Shown here: positions 43,179 to 53,550 of the stretch, piece by piece
Numbering within the stretch: the stretch's first letter is position 1
Layout: every line of letters starts with the position of its first letter
Source of the DNA: the human T2T-CHM13v2.0 reference genome, Homo sapiens
DNA length: 64,000 nucleotides
Direction: 5' to 3' (one strand)
Assembly: GCF_009914755.1 (NCBI RefSeq)
Contig: NC_060942.1
Translations under genes and position numbers: made by a program
The notes under the pieces: generated by a model
Seen by the model: the letters and a program-made list of their open reading frames with translations, nothing else
Told to the model about the DNA's origin: nothing
Database searches by the model: none

Positions 43179-43574
43179 TGTTCTTGCTACATGCAGGCTG
43201 CCGTCCACACTCTGGAGTGGTGGTGTTTAAGGATTCAGGGTATGATTTTTTGAAAAGCCCGTGCTGTGGTAAAAAGAAGCTCTGCTAGGCACCAGGAGAG
43301 TCCAGGTGGAGTGTGCCCCAACTCCATCCAGTGTCTTTGCCTCTCGAGTGAAGGGGTCAGTAGGATTTGAGATACCAGACAGGTCGGGAGGTTAAAAGGA
43401 TGCATTGTATGTAAAGGTGTCCCTCTGCTGAGTTGTCTCTGGCCTTGGTGATGAAGGTGGGCACAGGACATGAGGGCAGGGCACCAGCAATCAGAGTGTG
43501 GCACTGCCCTGGCCCCACACACGGCCACAGGGGCTCTGCAGGGCCCACCTGTGACTCGGCCTCTCCTTTTCCAG

Positions 43575-43658
43575 TGCGGAAACATGGCTCGCGAAGGACT
43601 GCGGACCCTCGTGGTTGCAAAGAAGGCGTTGACAGAGGAGCAGTACCAGGACTTTGAG
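43575..43658 (+). CDS. ATP9B: ATP9B coding exon ([28 protein letters not shown])
   Basis: ctctccttttccag acceptor, GAG|gtgagc donor; 84 nt; EGLRTL motif. Confidence 0.95.
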
Positions 43659-43950
43659 GTGAGCCGACTCCCAGCCATCCCATCCTCCTACGACGTTTCC
43701 TTCCTTACGCTGAAATTAGTTCTTCCTGTCTTTGTATGAAATTAGAGCTGGGATCGCTATAGTCTAGGAGTGAAGGCAGCTTCGCTCAGCAGGAGCATGG
43801 GGTGATCCTGTCTGCATTTCTGTTTCCACCATTTCTCCAGCTTGCTGGGGAAGGAGGGTTACAGAAGCAAAGAAGTGCCAGTTTCCTTAGAATTGCGCTT
43901 GATAACTCCTCAATGATCACAGTCCAGCCGAGCTGAGTACACATAGAGTA

Positions 43951-44229
43951 TGTGCACATAGGCGCCTCCCCCTCTGTCCCCAGAGCCCATGCTGTCCAGC
44001 TCTGTGGAGTACACACACGGAGCACGTACACGTGTGCACACAGGCGCCTCCCACTCTGTCCCCACAGCCCATGCAGTCCAGCTCTGTGGAGTACACACAC
44101 AGCACGTACACGTGTGCACATAGTCACCTCCCCCTCTGTCCCCACAGCCCATGCAGTCCAGCTCTGTGGAGTCCACACACAGCACGTACACGTGTGCACA
44201 CAGGCGCCTCCCCCTCTGTCCCCAGAGCC
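43951..44229. repeat. About 80-bp tandem repeat, 3.5 copies, ending in the exon acceptor
   Basis: tgtgcaca.aggcgcctccccctctgtcccca[g/c]agcc repeated four times. Confidence 0.93.
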
Positions 44230-44396
44230 GATACACTCAAGCCAAGCTGAGCATGCACGACAGGTCCCTCAAGGTGGCCGCGGTAGTCGAGAGCCTGGAG
44301 AGGGAGATGGAACTGCTGTGCCTCACCGGCGTGGAGGACCAGCTGCAGGCAGACGTGCGGCCCACGCTGGAGATGCTGCGCAACGCCGGGATCAAG
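44226..44396 (+). CDS. ATP9B: ATP9B coding exon (SRYTQAK...[25 protein letters not shown])
   Basis: ctctgtccccag acceptor, AAG|gtactg donor; 171 nt; GVEDQLQ and AGIK motifs. Confidence 0.95.
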
Positions 44397-45996
44397 GTAC
44401 TGCAGGCTCACCTCTGCTGGCGCGCGCTGCTTTTGCTGAAGCAAACAGTGCTTTTCCTTGGGCATGGTGATTTGTGAAACTCCTGTGGGGTCATGGATGT
44501 GAGAGAGCTCTGTAAGCAGAGCTGCCCACCAGCTCCCCTCCTTCCTTAGGGACATCTGCAGCTGGTGCACACACAAATCCCCACGCCACCCCTACTCCAG
44601 ACCTTCCTCTCTACACCTCTTCCCTCTCTGGATACCCCAGCCTTTCTAAAGAGGAGTCCTGGTCCCAGCCCTGGCGATGTCAAACTGCCACATGCCATTT
44701 CCCAGGGATGGTTATGCACCCCCCACAGGACGCATGGAGCCAGTGCCCGTCACCCTGGCCACCACCGGCCAGATGTCTGCAGCCATTCCTGGGTTGGCCG
44801 GCACTCGTGCCCTTGCCCCCAGCCTGTCACAACCCTGCACCTGGCAAGGCTGGGCCACTGTGTTCTCTGTGTAACCTGGCCTCCTCCTGCAGGGGTCTCT
44901 GTGCCTCCCCTGTGAGCACAGGGTACGTCCATTGTGACGGCACGTGTTCCATGAGGACGGGAGTGCATGAGAACCCAGACCTCATGGGCTTCGGCTTCAT
45001 TCTCGGTTAAATTGTGCCACATTTGGAATCATCTCATGCTTCAGGGCATGTTAGAGTTGAGAATATAGAATACTCAGACGTGCACTACATCTGTTCATTT
45101 TATTGATGTTTTTGAAGAAATAATGCATCCACATTGTCACAAACTCAGCACAAAAGGACACCCAGTGGAAGCTGCTTCTCACTTGTGCCTGGCCCCTGGG
45201 CTCAGCAGCAAGAGCCTGCCCCAGAGACGCCTGGACGTACAGGGCAGGTGCAAAGCTGCTTGTCCTCCCTCTGGCTCTTTGTTCTCTCCCAGCACCTTCT
45301 CCGTAGCTGGAGGACACCCCCTCTACCTTGGCTGTGTGGCTTATGCCCCCATCCCCACCATGCTCCCAGCAGCAGTATCCCATCTCCCAGCAGGCAGTGC
45401 CCACCTTCCCTGAACTCCCCAAGGCAGTGCCCCGTCTCATCCAGCTGTGTGGTCCTTGGCAGTTTAAATATGGTGTCCGTGAAATTCGAGTGTTTATCTT
45501 GGATGGGAGAGGTTAGGCATCCTGACCATCCTTCTTGGTGGCTTCCCCCAGATGCTGTGTGGCGGGGCACACGCTCCCTGCCCGCCGACCTGCTCTCTGG
45601 CTTTTTCACTTACTGATGTGTCCTCTTCCTGCACAGGGGAAATTGGCACTTATGGTGTAAGTTTTATTTTTCAGGAGCTTTCCTCACATGTTCTCATTGA
45701 AGCCGAAAGGTCAACTGCAAATTGGTTAAGATAATTTATTTCAGCACTGCCTCAAGGACCTGGGACTCAGAATGGGAAAAAGTGTAACTTGGTTTTCAGA
45801 GAAAAGCTGCATAGCTAGACTAGAGGGACAGAACTGAAGGACAGTGTCAGAAGTCAAAGCTGTGCCAACTTCAGTTAAAAAATACATCCCACAAGCCTTG
45901 ATGAAGATGCTGTGCCATGGACAGAAAATAGGCATCTGTTTTCCTTGCTGTCTAGAGGTCTGCATGGTGAAGAGACTTGTAAGATTTAATGTCCTT

Positions 45997-46820
45997 CTGA
46001 GATCGCAGTAGGAAGTATGTCATGTTCGCAGTAGGAAGTGTGTCATGATCGCAGTAGGAAGTGTGCCATGATCGAATTAGGAAATGTGTCATGACTGAAG
46101 TAGGAAGTGTGTCATGGTCGCAGTAGGAAATACGTCATGAGGCTGTATCATATCCATCTGAGATCACAGTAGGAAGTGTGTCATGATCATAGTAGGAAGT
46201 ATGTCATGATCACAGTAGGAAGTGTGTCATGATCACAGTAGGAAGTGTGTCATGATCGTAGTAGGAAGTATGTCATGATCACAGTAGGAAGTGTGTCATG
46301 ATCGCAGTAGGAAGTGTGTCATGAGACTATCATATCCGTCTGAGATCGCAGTAGGAAGTGTGCATGATTGCAGTAGGAAGTATGTCATCGCAGTAGGAAG
46401 TATGTCATCGCAGTAGGAAGTATGTCATGATCACAGTAGGAAGTGTGTCATGATCACAGTAGGAAGTGTCATGATCGTAGTAGGAAGTGTGTCAGGAGGC
46501 TGTATCATATCTGAGATCGCAGTAGGAAGTGTCATGATCGCAGTAGGAAGTATATCATGATTGCAGTAGGAGGTGTGTCATGATCGCAATAGGAAGTGTG
46601 TCAGGAGGCTGTATCATATCTGACTGAGATCGTAGTAGGAAGTGTGTCATGATCGCAGTAGGAAGTGTATCATGATTGCAGTAGGAAGTGTGTCATGATC
46701 GCAGTAGGAAGTGTGTCATGAGGCTGTATCATATCCATCTGAGATCGCAGTAGGAAGTGCATGATTGCAGTAGAAAGTATGTCATGATCGCAGTAGGAAG
46801 TGCGTCATGAGGCTGTATCT
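45997..46820. repeat. 23-bp minisatellite (GATCGCAGTAGGAAGTGTGTCAT) with higher-order spacers
   Basis: About 30 units plus a recurring gaggctgtatcatatc..tctga spacer. Confidence 0.95.
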
Positions 46821-46957
46821 GGTTTCAGAGTAATTGTTCATGTAGAAATTCAAAATTACAAGAGAACAATTCTGACTCAGAAAGTTTAGATTACTAAACT
46901 TAATTGTATTGTACAGCCAAAAAGTTGAATAAAGAAGTGTGATTAATGAGAAGCAGA

Positions 46958-47058
46958 TGAGCTGGGTGTGGTGCTTTGTGCCTGGGATCCCAGCTACTCA
47001 GGAGGCTGAGGCGGGAGGCTCAATCGAGCCCCAGAGTTCATGGCAAGACCCATCTGTA
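46958..47058 (+). mobile_element. Alu monomer fragment
   Basis: gctgggtgtggtg...cccagctactcaggaggctgaggcgggagg. Confidence 0.7.
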
Positions 47059-48085
47059 AATCGACACATGAATGAGCGAGCATATGACCCCTGCATTTCA
47101 CTGTAACTTTTTAGTGAACTTCACCTCAGTCTACTTCCTACTTTATATGTGCTAGATTATTAGTATATTAAAGTAGTGAATATCCCTTGCATTAAAATTT
47201 GGATCTTTACATCAATTATTTGCTAAGTTATATGACTTTCTCGAGTTTTGCTCTTTATTCTTTACATTATGTAAAGTCTGACTTCAGATGTTCCTCTGAA
47301 ACTCGAAGGTGATTTTCAGCGGGACCTCACTGCGTTTCCTGAATCCCACTCAGGTTGCCGCAGTGCTAGTTCTTCTTCAACTTTGTCATGATGATGTGTC
47401 ATACTCTTAGGTCCCGTAAATGAATATAAGTCTGTAAAATAAATAAAAAGCACAAATCTTAGACACTGAGAAGAGCCACAGGTGGAGCGTGCTTAAGCAG
47501 ATAATCAGTACACTGTAGAAGTTTTTTTTCTGCTTCCTGTTTCCAAAAATGCATATTTCAATATGATACATAAGAAATCTGAGAAATTCAGCTAATGAGA
47601 ATATTACTGGAAGTTCTTTGCTGTTATATATATCAAATATCCTGTCATGTATTAAATATCCTGATATTTTACTCTATCGTCTAGGAATATATATACACAT
47701 AAGATGTGCATGGGTATGCAATTTTTAAATGTAAAAGTGCTACTATTTGACATGTTTTATTTGACATAAACAACTTTTGGTTTGACTATGGGCCATTTAC
47801 CCATTGAACCTCCGTTTCCAACTAAAAAACTAGCAAACTGCAGTGAAGGTCTTCATGAGCCTCCCAGCCTGGCAAACCCTGACTGTGTGCCGCCTTGGCA
47901 GTCCTGTGTGCTTGCTTTGTGTGGAATCCTTTGTGGTAGGCACCTTTGACACTCACAGCTATCCTTATTAGACTTAGCCTCTGAGTGCCGGGCCCAGGTG
48001 TTACTCACATGCCTCCATATCTCAGCTGCTGTATCTACACATCACTGTGCTCTCGCTTGTTCCACCTTAGCAAGTTCACATACTG

Positions 48086-48686
48086 TTTAATTGTGGTTGG
48101 ATGTGTGTAGCGTGACCTCGTTGAAGTCTGTGTTGCCGACACACCATTTAATTGTGGTTGGATGTGTGTAGCGTGACCTTGTCGAAGTCTGCATTGCCGA
48201 CACACCATTTAGTTGTGGTTGGATGTGTGTAGCGTGACCTCGTCGAAGTCTGTGTTGCCGACACACCATTTAGTTGTGGTTGGATGTGTGTAGCGTGACC
48301 TCGTTGAAGCCTGTGTTGCCGACACACCATTTAGTTGTGGTTGTATGTGTGTAGCATGACCTCGTTGAAGCCTGTGTTGCCGACACACCATTTAGTTGTG
48401 GTTGTATGTGTGTAGCGTGACCTCGTTGAAGCCTGTGTTGCCGACACACCATTTAGTTGTGGTTGGATGTGTGTAGCGTGACCTGTTGAAGCCTGCGTTG
48501 CCAACACACCATTTAGTTGTGGTTGGATGTGTGTAGCGTGACCTTGTTGAAGCCTGCGTTGCCGACACACCATTTAGTTGTGGTTGGATGTGTGTAGCGT
48601 GACCTGTTGAAGCCTGCGTTGCCGACACACCATTTAGTTGTGGTTGGATGTGTGTAGCATGACCTTGTTGAAGTTTGCGTTGCCGA
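48086..48686. repeat. 61-bp VNTR, about 10 copies
   Basis: tttagttgtggttggatgtgtgtagcgtgacctcgttgaagcctgtgttgccgacacacca; ORFs offset by 61 nt. Confidence 0.96.
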
Positions 48687-48688
48687 TT

Positions 48689-49052
48689 CTTGTGCAGCCA
48701 TCACCACCACCCCTTCCAGAACTGTTCCATCCTCCTAAACGGAAACTGTCCATCTCCCCATTCCCCTTCCCCTAAACCCTGGCACCCACCATCTAGTTCT
48801 TTCTCTGTGGATTGGATGGCTCTAGGGACCTCATGGAAATGGGATCATACAGTATTTGTCCTTTTGTGACTGGCTTCTTTCACTCAGCGTAATGTCCTCA
48901 AGGTTGAACCACAATGCAGCCTGTATCAGAATTTCCATCCTTTTTAAGGCTGAATAATACTCCATTGTATGTATGGAACACATTTTGCTCATTCATTTAT
49001 CTATTGACGGGCACCTGGGTTGCTTCCACCTTTTGGCTGTTGTGAATTATGT
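48689..49052 (-). mobile_element. L1MB-like 3' fragment
   Basis: ttgtgcagccatcaccacc; gtatttgtccttttgtgactggcttctttcactcagc; tttaaggctgaataatactccattgtatg. Confidence 0.8.
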
Positions 49053-49115
49053 GAGACATCAGAAATGAACGTGTCCTTGTCTTGTTGAAATTCACCAGTT
49101 TAAATTGTTCCCTAG

Positions 49116-49214
49116 ATATGGATGCTAACAGGCGATAAACTCGAGACAGCTACCTGCATTGCCAAAAGTTCACATCTCGTGTCTAGAACACAAGATATTC
49201 ATATTTTCAGACAG
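49116..49214 (+). CDS. ATP9B: ATP9B coding exon ([33 protein letters not shown])
   Basis: ttgttccctag acceptor, CAG|gtaagt donor; 99 nt; WMLTGDK motif. Confidence 0.96.
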
Positions 49215-49354
49215 GTAAGTATGTATCTTAATCACTTTGAATTTTTAAACATTTGTCTCACACAAACGAAGCCTATTGTTTTTGTCAGAATATATATTTA
49301 TTAATCACTAAATATCTTTTTAAAAAGAACTACTGTAATTTTTTAAATTTATAA

Positions 49355-49460
49355 CAGCACACCAGCATGGCACATGTATACGTATGTAACTAACCTGCAC
49401 AATGTGCACATGTACCCTAAAACTTTAAGTATAATAATAAAAAATAAATAAATAAATAAT
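49355..49460 (+). mobile_element. Short 3' stub of a young primate L1 (L1PA-type) with A-rich tail
   Basis: gcacaccagcatggcacatgtatac.tatgtaactaacctgcacaatgtgcacatgtaccctaaaactt.aagtataataataaaaa. Confidence 0.9.
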
Positions 49461-51112
49461 TAATTAAAAAGCATGTTAAAATAGATATTTTTAGCCACAT
49501 ACATTAATCATGATCAAAGGTGCTTTTTGACGGAATGAACAAGCTCTAAGTTCAGAAGTATTTTTTGCTTATACTATTAGTATTATTTGCTATTTTAAAA
49601 GAGGCATACTGCAATTATTTTCAATTTGTAAAAATGTATATTGATTAAAAAAATTACATTTTTCTACAAGTTATACGTGTTACATGTTGTCCAGAAGCTG
49701 CTGTTGTGAAACAAGCTATAAATACAAAATAGAAATGTGTTTTTAATCACTGCCATTTTCAGAGCAAGTGCTGCCTTAACTAGTTCAAAGAAAATTAATA
49801 GAAATGATCTAAGTTTATGTGTTTACTGTATGTATTAGTTATGACTAAATTTAATTCAAACAAAAAATAAGAATTTCTTGGTCTTGATTTATGGTGAGTG
49901 AACAGACATTCTGTGTCTGCGTCTGTTCTAAATGAATCGCTTGCACCTACAGAAGGAGTTATTTGAATATAATTTATATGTAAATGTAGTTTGTTTTGAA
50001 GCATCAGAATCACAAATTAGGCCCTGAAGACTACTATTTGCAATTAAATTATTAATGCTTCTGATAAAACTTCAGATCAATTTTTGTTGACTTTTCAGTG
50101 TTATAGCACCACAAATTAAATTTTTCACAATAAAACCTACCTATTTAAAGATGAGTCTGAGATTGTTAATTTGAACCACATGAAGCTTTTAATTTATTTC
50201 AGTCCTATTAATAGGACTATTAATATATCATTTCTTTTATGCTCCATAAAATCTCCACAGAAGGAATATGAAAAACCACTTACATTGGTTTCTGAAATAT
50301 TTTTGTTCTAAAACAAATGATATTTCAAGATTATGACTTACTTTTACTCTTTTAGGTTTTTTTAAAAATCCCTCAGACACTGGGTAAAAACTAAACTAAT
50401 GGAGTAAGTTGAAACCCATGGCAGAGACAACACAAGCAATTAAGTATTTTGCATTATTTGACCTATTATGAAAAGAGATGTATTTACATAACACCTTGAT
50501 TTGAGAGCGTCCTGTCTCTTACCCGATGTGTGGCGATGATGTGTGGCGATGAGGAGCTCGGCCTCCCTGGGCTCTGGTGCTCTGTTGGGTGCAAGCCTCG
50601 TTCTGCAGAGCCGTGTCCATAACGCTGCGAGTCAGTGACTCTCAGCAGCGCTGCTCCCCACGCCAGCCTACCCTGGCCTGTTGCTCTGTTAAATAATCAC
50701 CTCGTGGGAATTACAAGAAAATTCTTAATCATTATCGTTGTATGTTAAGGGAGTGTATGTATAAAAGGCAATTACCCTCCCAAACTATCCAGAAGGTAAT
50801 TATTAACTCATAGGCACCCTTTACACAAATTTCATCAGAGTGGTGATTCCACTGCATTCCTCACTATACGTTTCCTGCTTGCAGTTGCCACAAATTTGAA
50901 AATGATTGGCGTTAACTGAGTGGATAGACACACCCAGCACTGCTGGAGGAATTGGAAAGGACCTTCTTCCGGGTCCAAATACTAAAGCTCCTTTGGTTTT
51001 AGATAATAACCCCAGAACATTCCACTGTGACTCTGCAAATAATGCCCTGTTTCTCTGTGCCTGTAACTTAGACAACATTTTAATTTGGGATTCTTTTTCT
51101 CCCTTAATGGAG

Positions 51113-51202
51113 GTAACCAGTCGGGGAGAGGCACATTTGGAGCTGAATGCATTTCGAAGGAAGCATGATTGTGCACTAGTCATATCTGGGGACTCTCTGG
51201 AG
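51113..51202 (+). CDS. ATP9B: ATP9B coding exon ([30 protein letters not shown])
   Basis: 90 nt in frame; ALVIxGxSL P4-ATPase motif; donor GAG|gtaagg; the only nearby in-frame AG acceptor is an atypical ggag|. Confidence 0.88.
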
Positions 51203-51385
51203 GTAAGGCTGGACCCTGAGTGAGTACATGTCTGTCTGTGTCTCTGAGGCAAGGCTGGTCCCTGGCTGAGTGTCTGTTTGTCTCTCAGGCAAGGCTGGAC
51301 CCTGAGTGAGTACATGTCTGTCTGTCTGTCTGTCTGTGTCTCTGAGGCAAGGCTGGACCCTGGCCCAGTGTGTGTCTGTCTGTCC
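51195..51385. repeat. 40-58 bp tandem repeat beginning at the exon donor, about 4 copies
   Basis: aggYaaggctgg.ccctg...tgtctgtctg repeated. Confidence 0.88.
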
Positions 51386-52275
51386 ATTCCAGTGCATCAA
51401 GGCCTTCTTGAGTCAAGTGCTTTTGCCCATTCATGCTGTTTTTAGGCAGTTTTCCATTTCGTAGCAGCGGTATCTGCCGCTCTGGAAAGCAGCCCCAGCC
51501 TGAGGAGATGTCAGAGCTGGATCACAGCGATTGTTACTCCTCCTTGACACATTGAGAGCCTGAAAGCTGGGCTGGGTCGCAGTGATTGTTACTCCTCTGT
51601 TAGACATTGAGAGCCTGCAAGTGCTGCAGGAGACCTGGAGGAGGAGCGACAAGAGCCTGTCCAGCGCCTTGGTTCTGGCTCTCTGTCCTCTCCATGTTGC
51701 ATCCGCTGGAGCAGGAATGTCCAAAGTAGCTTCATGCCTCGTTTTCTTCGCACGGTGGCCCCCGGCTGAGGGAACTGTGGCACCGGGGCTGGTGGGAGCC
51801 TCCCCCTGCACAGCTTTTGCACAGGCTCCTGGGCTTAATCGTCCTGGACCTCTGTTGTTGCTAGTGTCCTCAGAGCAAGCACTCCAAGAAATCTGGCAGA
51901 AGCTGCCCCAGAACGTCACCGGGTCACATGATGTTTTTCAAGAAAGTCACTAAGGCAGCTTGGATTCCAGGGGAGGGGGATCAGACCAGAAGGTCATGTC
52001 GTAGCTCAAATCATGGAGGATTCTCTCTGGTACTTCAAGTGGAAGAACTTCCCTAGGCAGGAGAAGGATGGTTCCATGTTACATAGAATTTCTTCCCATG
52101 ATTTTTTATTTTCCCCTGTCCGTGAGTCCTGTGAAATGATTCACAGAAAACTGAAAAGATTGAGAACTGTGGCGTCTGTTGGCTTTGCTCCCATGGTTTT
52201 GCACTTTCTACATTACACAAATCTGGGACACTGTTGTCGACCATAAGGCAAAATAACACAGGCTTTGTTTTCCAG

Positions 52276-52420
52276 GTTTGTCTAAAGTACTACGAGCATG
52301 AATTTGTGGAGCTGGCCTGCCAGTGCCCTGCCGTGGTTTGCTGCCGCTGCTCACCCACCCAGAAGGCCCGCATTGTGACACTGCTGCAGCAGCACACAGG
52401 GAGACGCACCTGCGCCATCG
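52276..52420 (+). CDS. ATP9B: ATP9B coding exon ([10 protein letters not shown]...[12 protein letters not shown]...TCAIG)
   Basis: tttgttttccag acceptor, G|gtgaga donor; 145 nt, phase 0 to 1; CCRxSPxQK motif. Confidence 0.96.
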
Positions 52421-52622
52421 GTGAGAGCCGCCCACCCTGCTCACAGGGAGGTCTCCAGAGAAACCCGTAGGCTGACATTGATGGGCAAAGTTTGTTCCAT
52501 CTCTAAAACTAGATTGATTTCATCTCCATTCATGGAAGTTTCTGAAATAGCTTCTGATGGTAAAAATGAAAAACGTGATGATGGATAAGGTTTTATTTCA
52601 TCTCACTTTTCTTGCTTCGCAG

Positions 52623-52687
52623 GTGATGGAGGAAATGATGTCAGCATGATTCAGGCAGCAGACTGTGGGATTGGGATTGAGGGAAAG
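52623..52687 (+). CDS. ATP9B: ATP9B coding exon ([22 protein letters not shown])
   Basis: cttgcttcgcag acceptor, AAG|gtaggt donor; 65 nt; GDGxND hinge motif in the GDGGND form of the ATP9/Neo1 class. Confidence 0.96.
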
Positions 52688-52705
52688 GTAGGTTCGCCCT
52701 TTTAT

Positions 52706-53550
52706 CAACACATTAGCACACAGTCAGCACACATCAACACGACTCAGCACATGCTGGGCCACTGTACACTCAGCACCTACTTGGTCAGTGCACGTCAGCA
52801 TGTGCTTAGCGTACGCTCGGTCAGCAAACACTCAGCACATGCTTGGTCAACACACATCAGCACGTGCTCAGCGCACAGTCAGCACACACTCGGTACACGC
52901 TCGGTCGGCGCACGTCAGCACATGCTCAGCGCACAGCACACACTCGGCACACGGTCATCACACGTCAGCTTGTGCCCAGCGCACAGTCAGCACACACTCA
53001 GCACACGGTCAGCGCACATCAGCACGTGCTCAGCGCACAGTCAGCACACAGCACACACTCGGTCAGCGCACGTCAGCATGTGCTCAGCGCACAGTCAGCA
53101 CACACGGCACATACGTGCTCAGTGCACATCAGCACATGCTCAGCACATACTTGGCACAGTCGTTTAGCACACTACACATGCTCAGCACACGGTCAGTGCA
53201 CGTCAGCACATGCTCAGCACACTTGGTACACTTGTTTAGCACTACTATGCTTGGCACACACTTGGTCAGCGCACGTCAGCACGTGCTCAGCGCACAGTCA
53301 GCACACATTCGGCACACATTTAGCACACTACATGCTTGGCACACACTCAGCGCACCTCAGCATGTGTTCAGTGCACAGTCAGCACACACTCGGCACACAC
53401 TCGGTCAGCGCACGTCAGCACGTGCTCAGTGCATGCCTGGTCATTTTACACTCAGCACATACTCACCGCATGCTTGGTCGGCACAGTCAGCACATGCTCG
53501 GTGAATGCGCACTTGGTCAACACGTGTGGTCAGCACACAGTCAGCACAGC
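52706..53550. repeat. Degenerate CA-rich satellite-like array (TCAGCACAC / GCACGTCAGCA variants)
   Basis: Dozens of tcagca/cagcac motifs over about 850 bp. Confidence 0.9.

Noticed and set aside
42278-43288. Six overlapping 264-315 aa ORFs, all frames open on both strands
   Set aside because: A consequence of a GC-rich 62-bp unit lacking stop triplets; the peptides are permutations of the same repeat
45997-46820. Repeat-spacer look suggesting a CRISPR array
   Set aside because: Spacers are themselves repeated rather than unique, there are no cas genes, and the context is a primate intron
51099-51112. tcccttaat resembling a U12 branch site before the GAG acceptor
   Set aside because: The upstream donor is U2-type gtaagt rather than RTATCCTT, and the motif is too close to the AG
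50906-51112. Open frame extending 69 codons upstream of the exon
   Set aside because: The acceptor-like AGs checked at 51002 and 51071 are out of frame, and the in-frame one at 50884 meets a stop; no ATPase-like sequence
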